Virus record (IMG/VR): IMGVR_UViG_3300017761_003648
Coordinates: 1-34,024 of that record
Origin: a virus
Taxonomy: Duplodnaviria; Caudoviricetes
Direction: 5' to 3' (one strand)
DNA length: 34,024 bases
The position numbers and the translations under genes are program-made. The notes under the pieces were generated by a model. The model searched no databases and had not been told where the DNA came from. It saw only the letters and a list, made by a program, of their open reading frames with translations. Below, piece after piece: positions 33,950 through 34,024 of this stretch; position 1 is the stretch's first letter; the number at the start of each line of letters is the position of its first letter.

Positions 33950-34024
33950 TTATCTATATTCAAAATCACATGCAAGTACGTATCTTTTAGAATTTGATTG
34001 AATTTTTCCTGGTCTATGAATCAA
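33950..34024 (-). CDS. C-terminal end of a gene entering the window, probably a 2OG-Fe(II) oxygenase
   Basis: LIHRPGKIQSNSKRYVLACDFEYR* has His...Arg spacing like the last strands of 2OG oxygenases; only 24 aa are visible. Confidence 0.45.
   Translation of the reverse strand: MIHRPGKIQSNSKRYVLACDFEYR

Overview
AT-rich fragment of a T4-like cyanomyovirus genome (Kyanoviridae-like). A cyanobacterial host is inferred from cp12, a DUF1825-like gene, phoH and speD; a freshwater origin is possible but unproven. Bases 1-24,027 are mostly late virion genes. On the minus strand, in transcription order: tube-like protein, gp26, gp51, two tape-measure-like proteins, hub protein, cp12, a gp5 split over several genes, and large fibre proteins. 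A plus-strand block holds gp4, gp2, gp48 and gp53. A sigma70-driven island (three small ORFs, tRNA-Leu(UAA), tRNA-Thr(UGU), a Mom-like DNA-modification gene) interrupts the late region. Bases 24,028-34,024 hold minus-strand replication, transcription and auxiliary genes: gp32, gp59, a sulfotransferase-like gene, a 2OG-Fe(II) oxygenase, gp33, an exonuclease, phoH, thyX, a metallophosphoesterase, speD, nrdC and an HNH nuclease. The best leads are: (1) a U_UUU_UUC heptamer plus a 14-bp palindrome that would fuse gp26 to gp51 by -1 frameshifting just upstream of the tape-measure-like genes, like lambda G/GT; (2) a PARP/Gig2-like ADP-ribosyltransferase motif inside a tape-measure-like protein; (3) two structurally non-canonical tRNAs linked to the Mom-like gene. 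All family calls come from motif recognition by eye; no searches were run.
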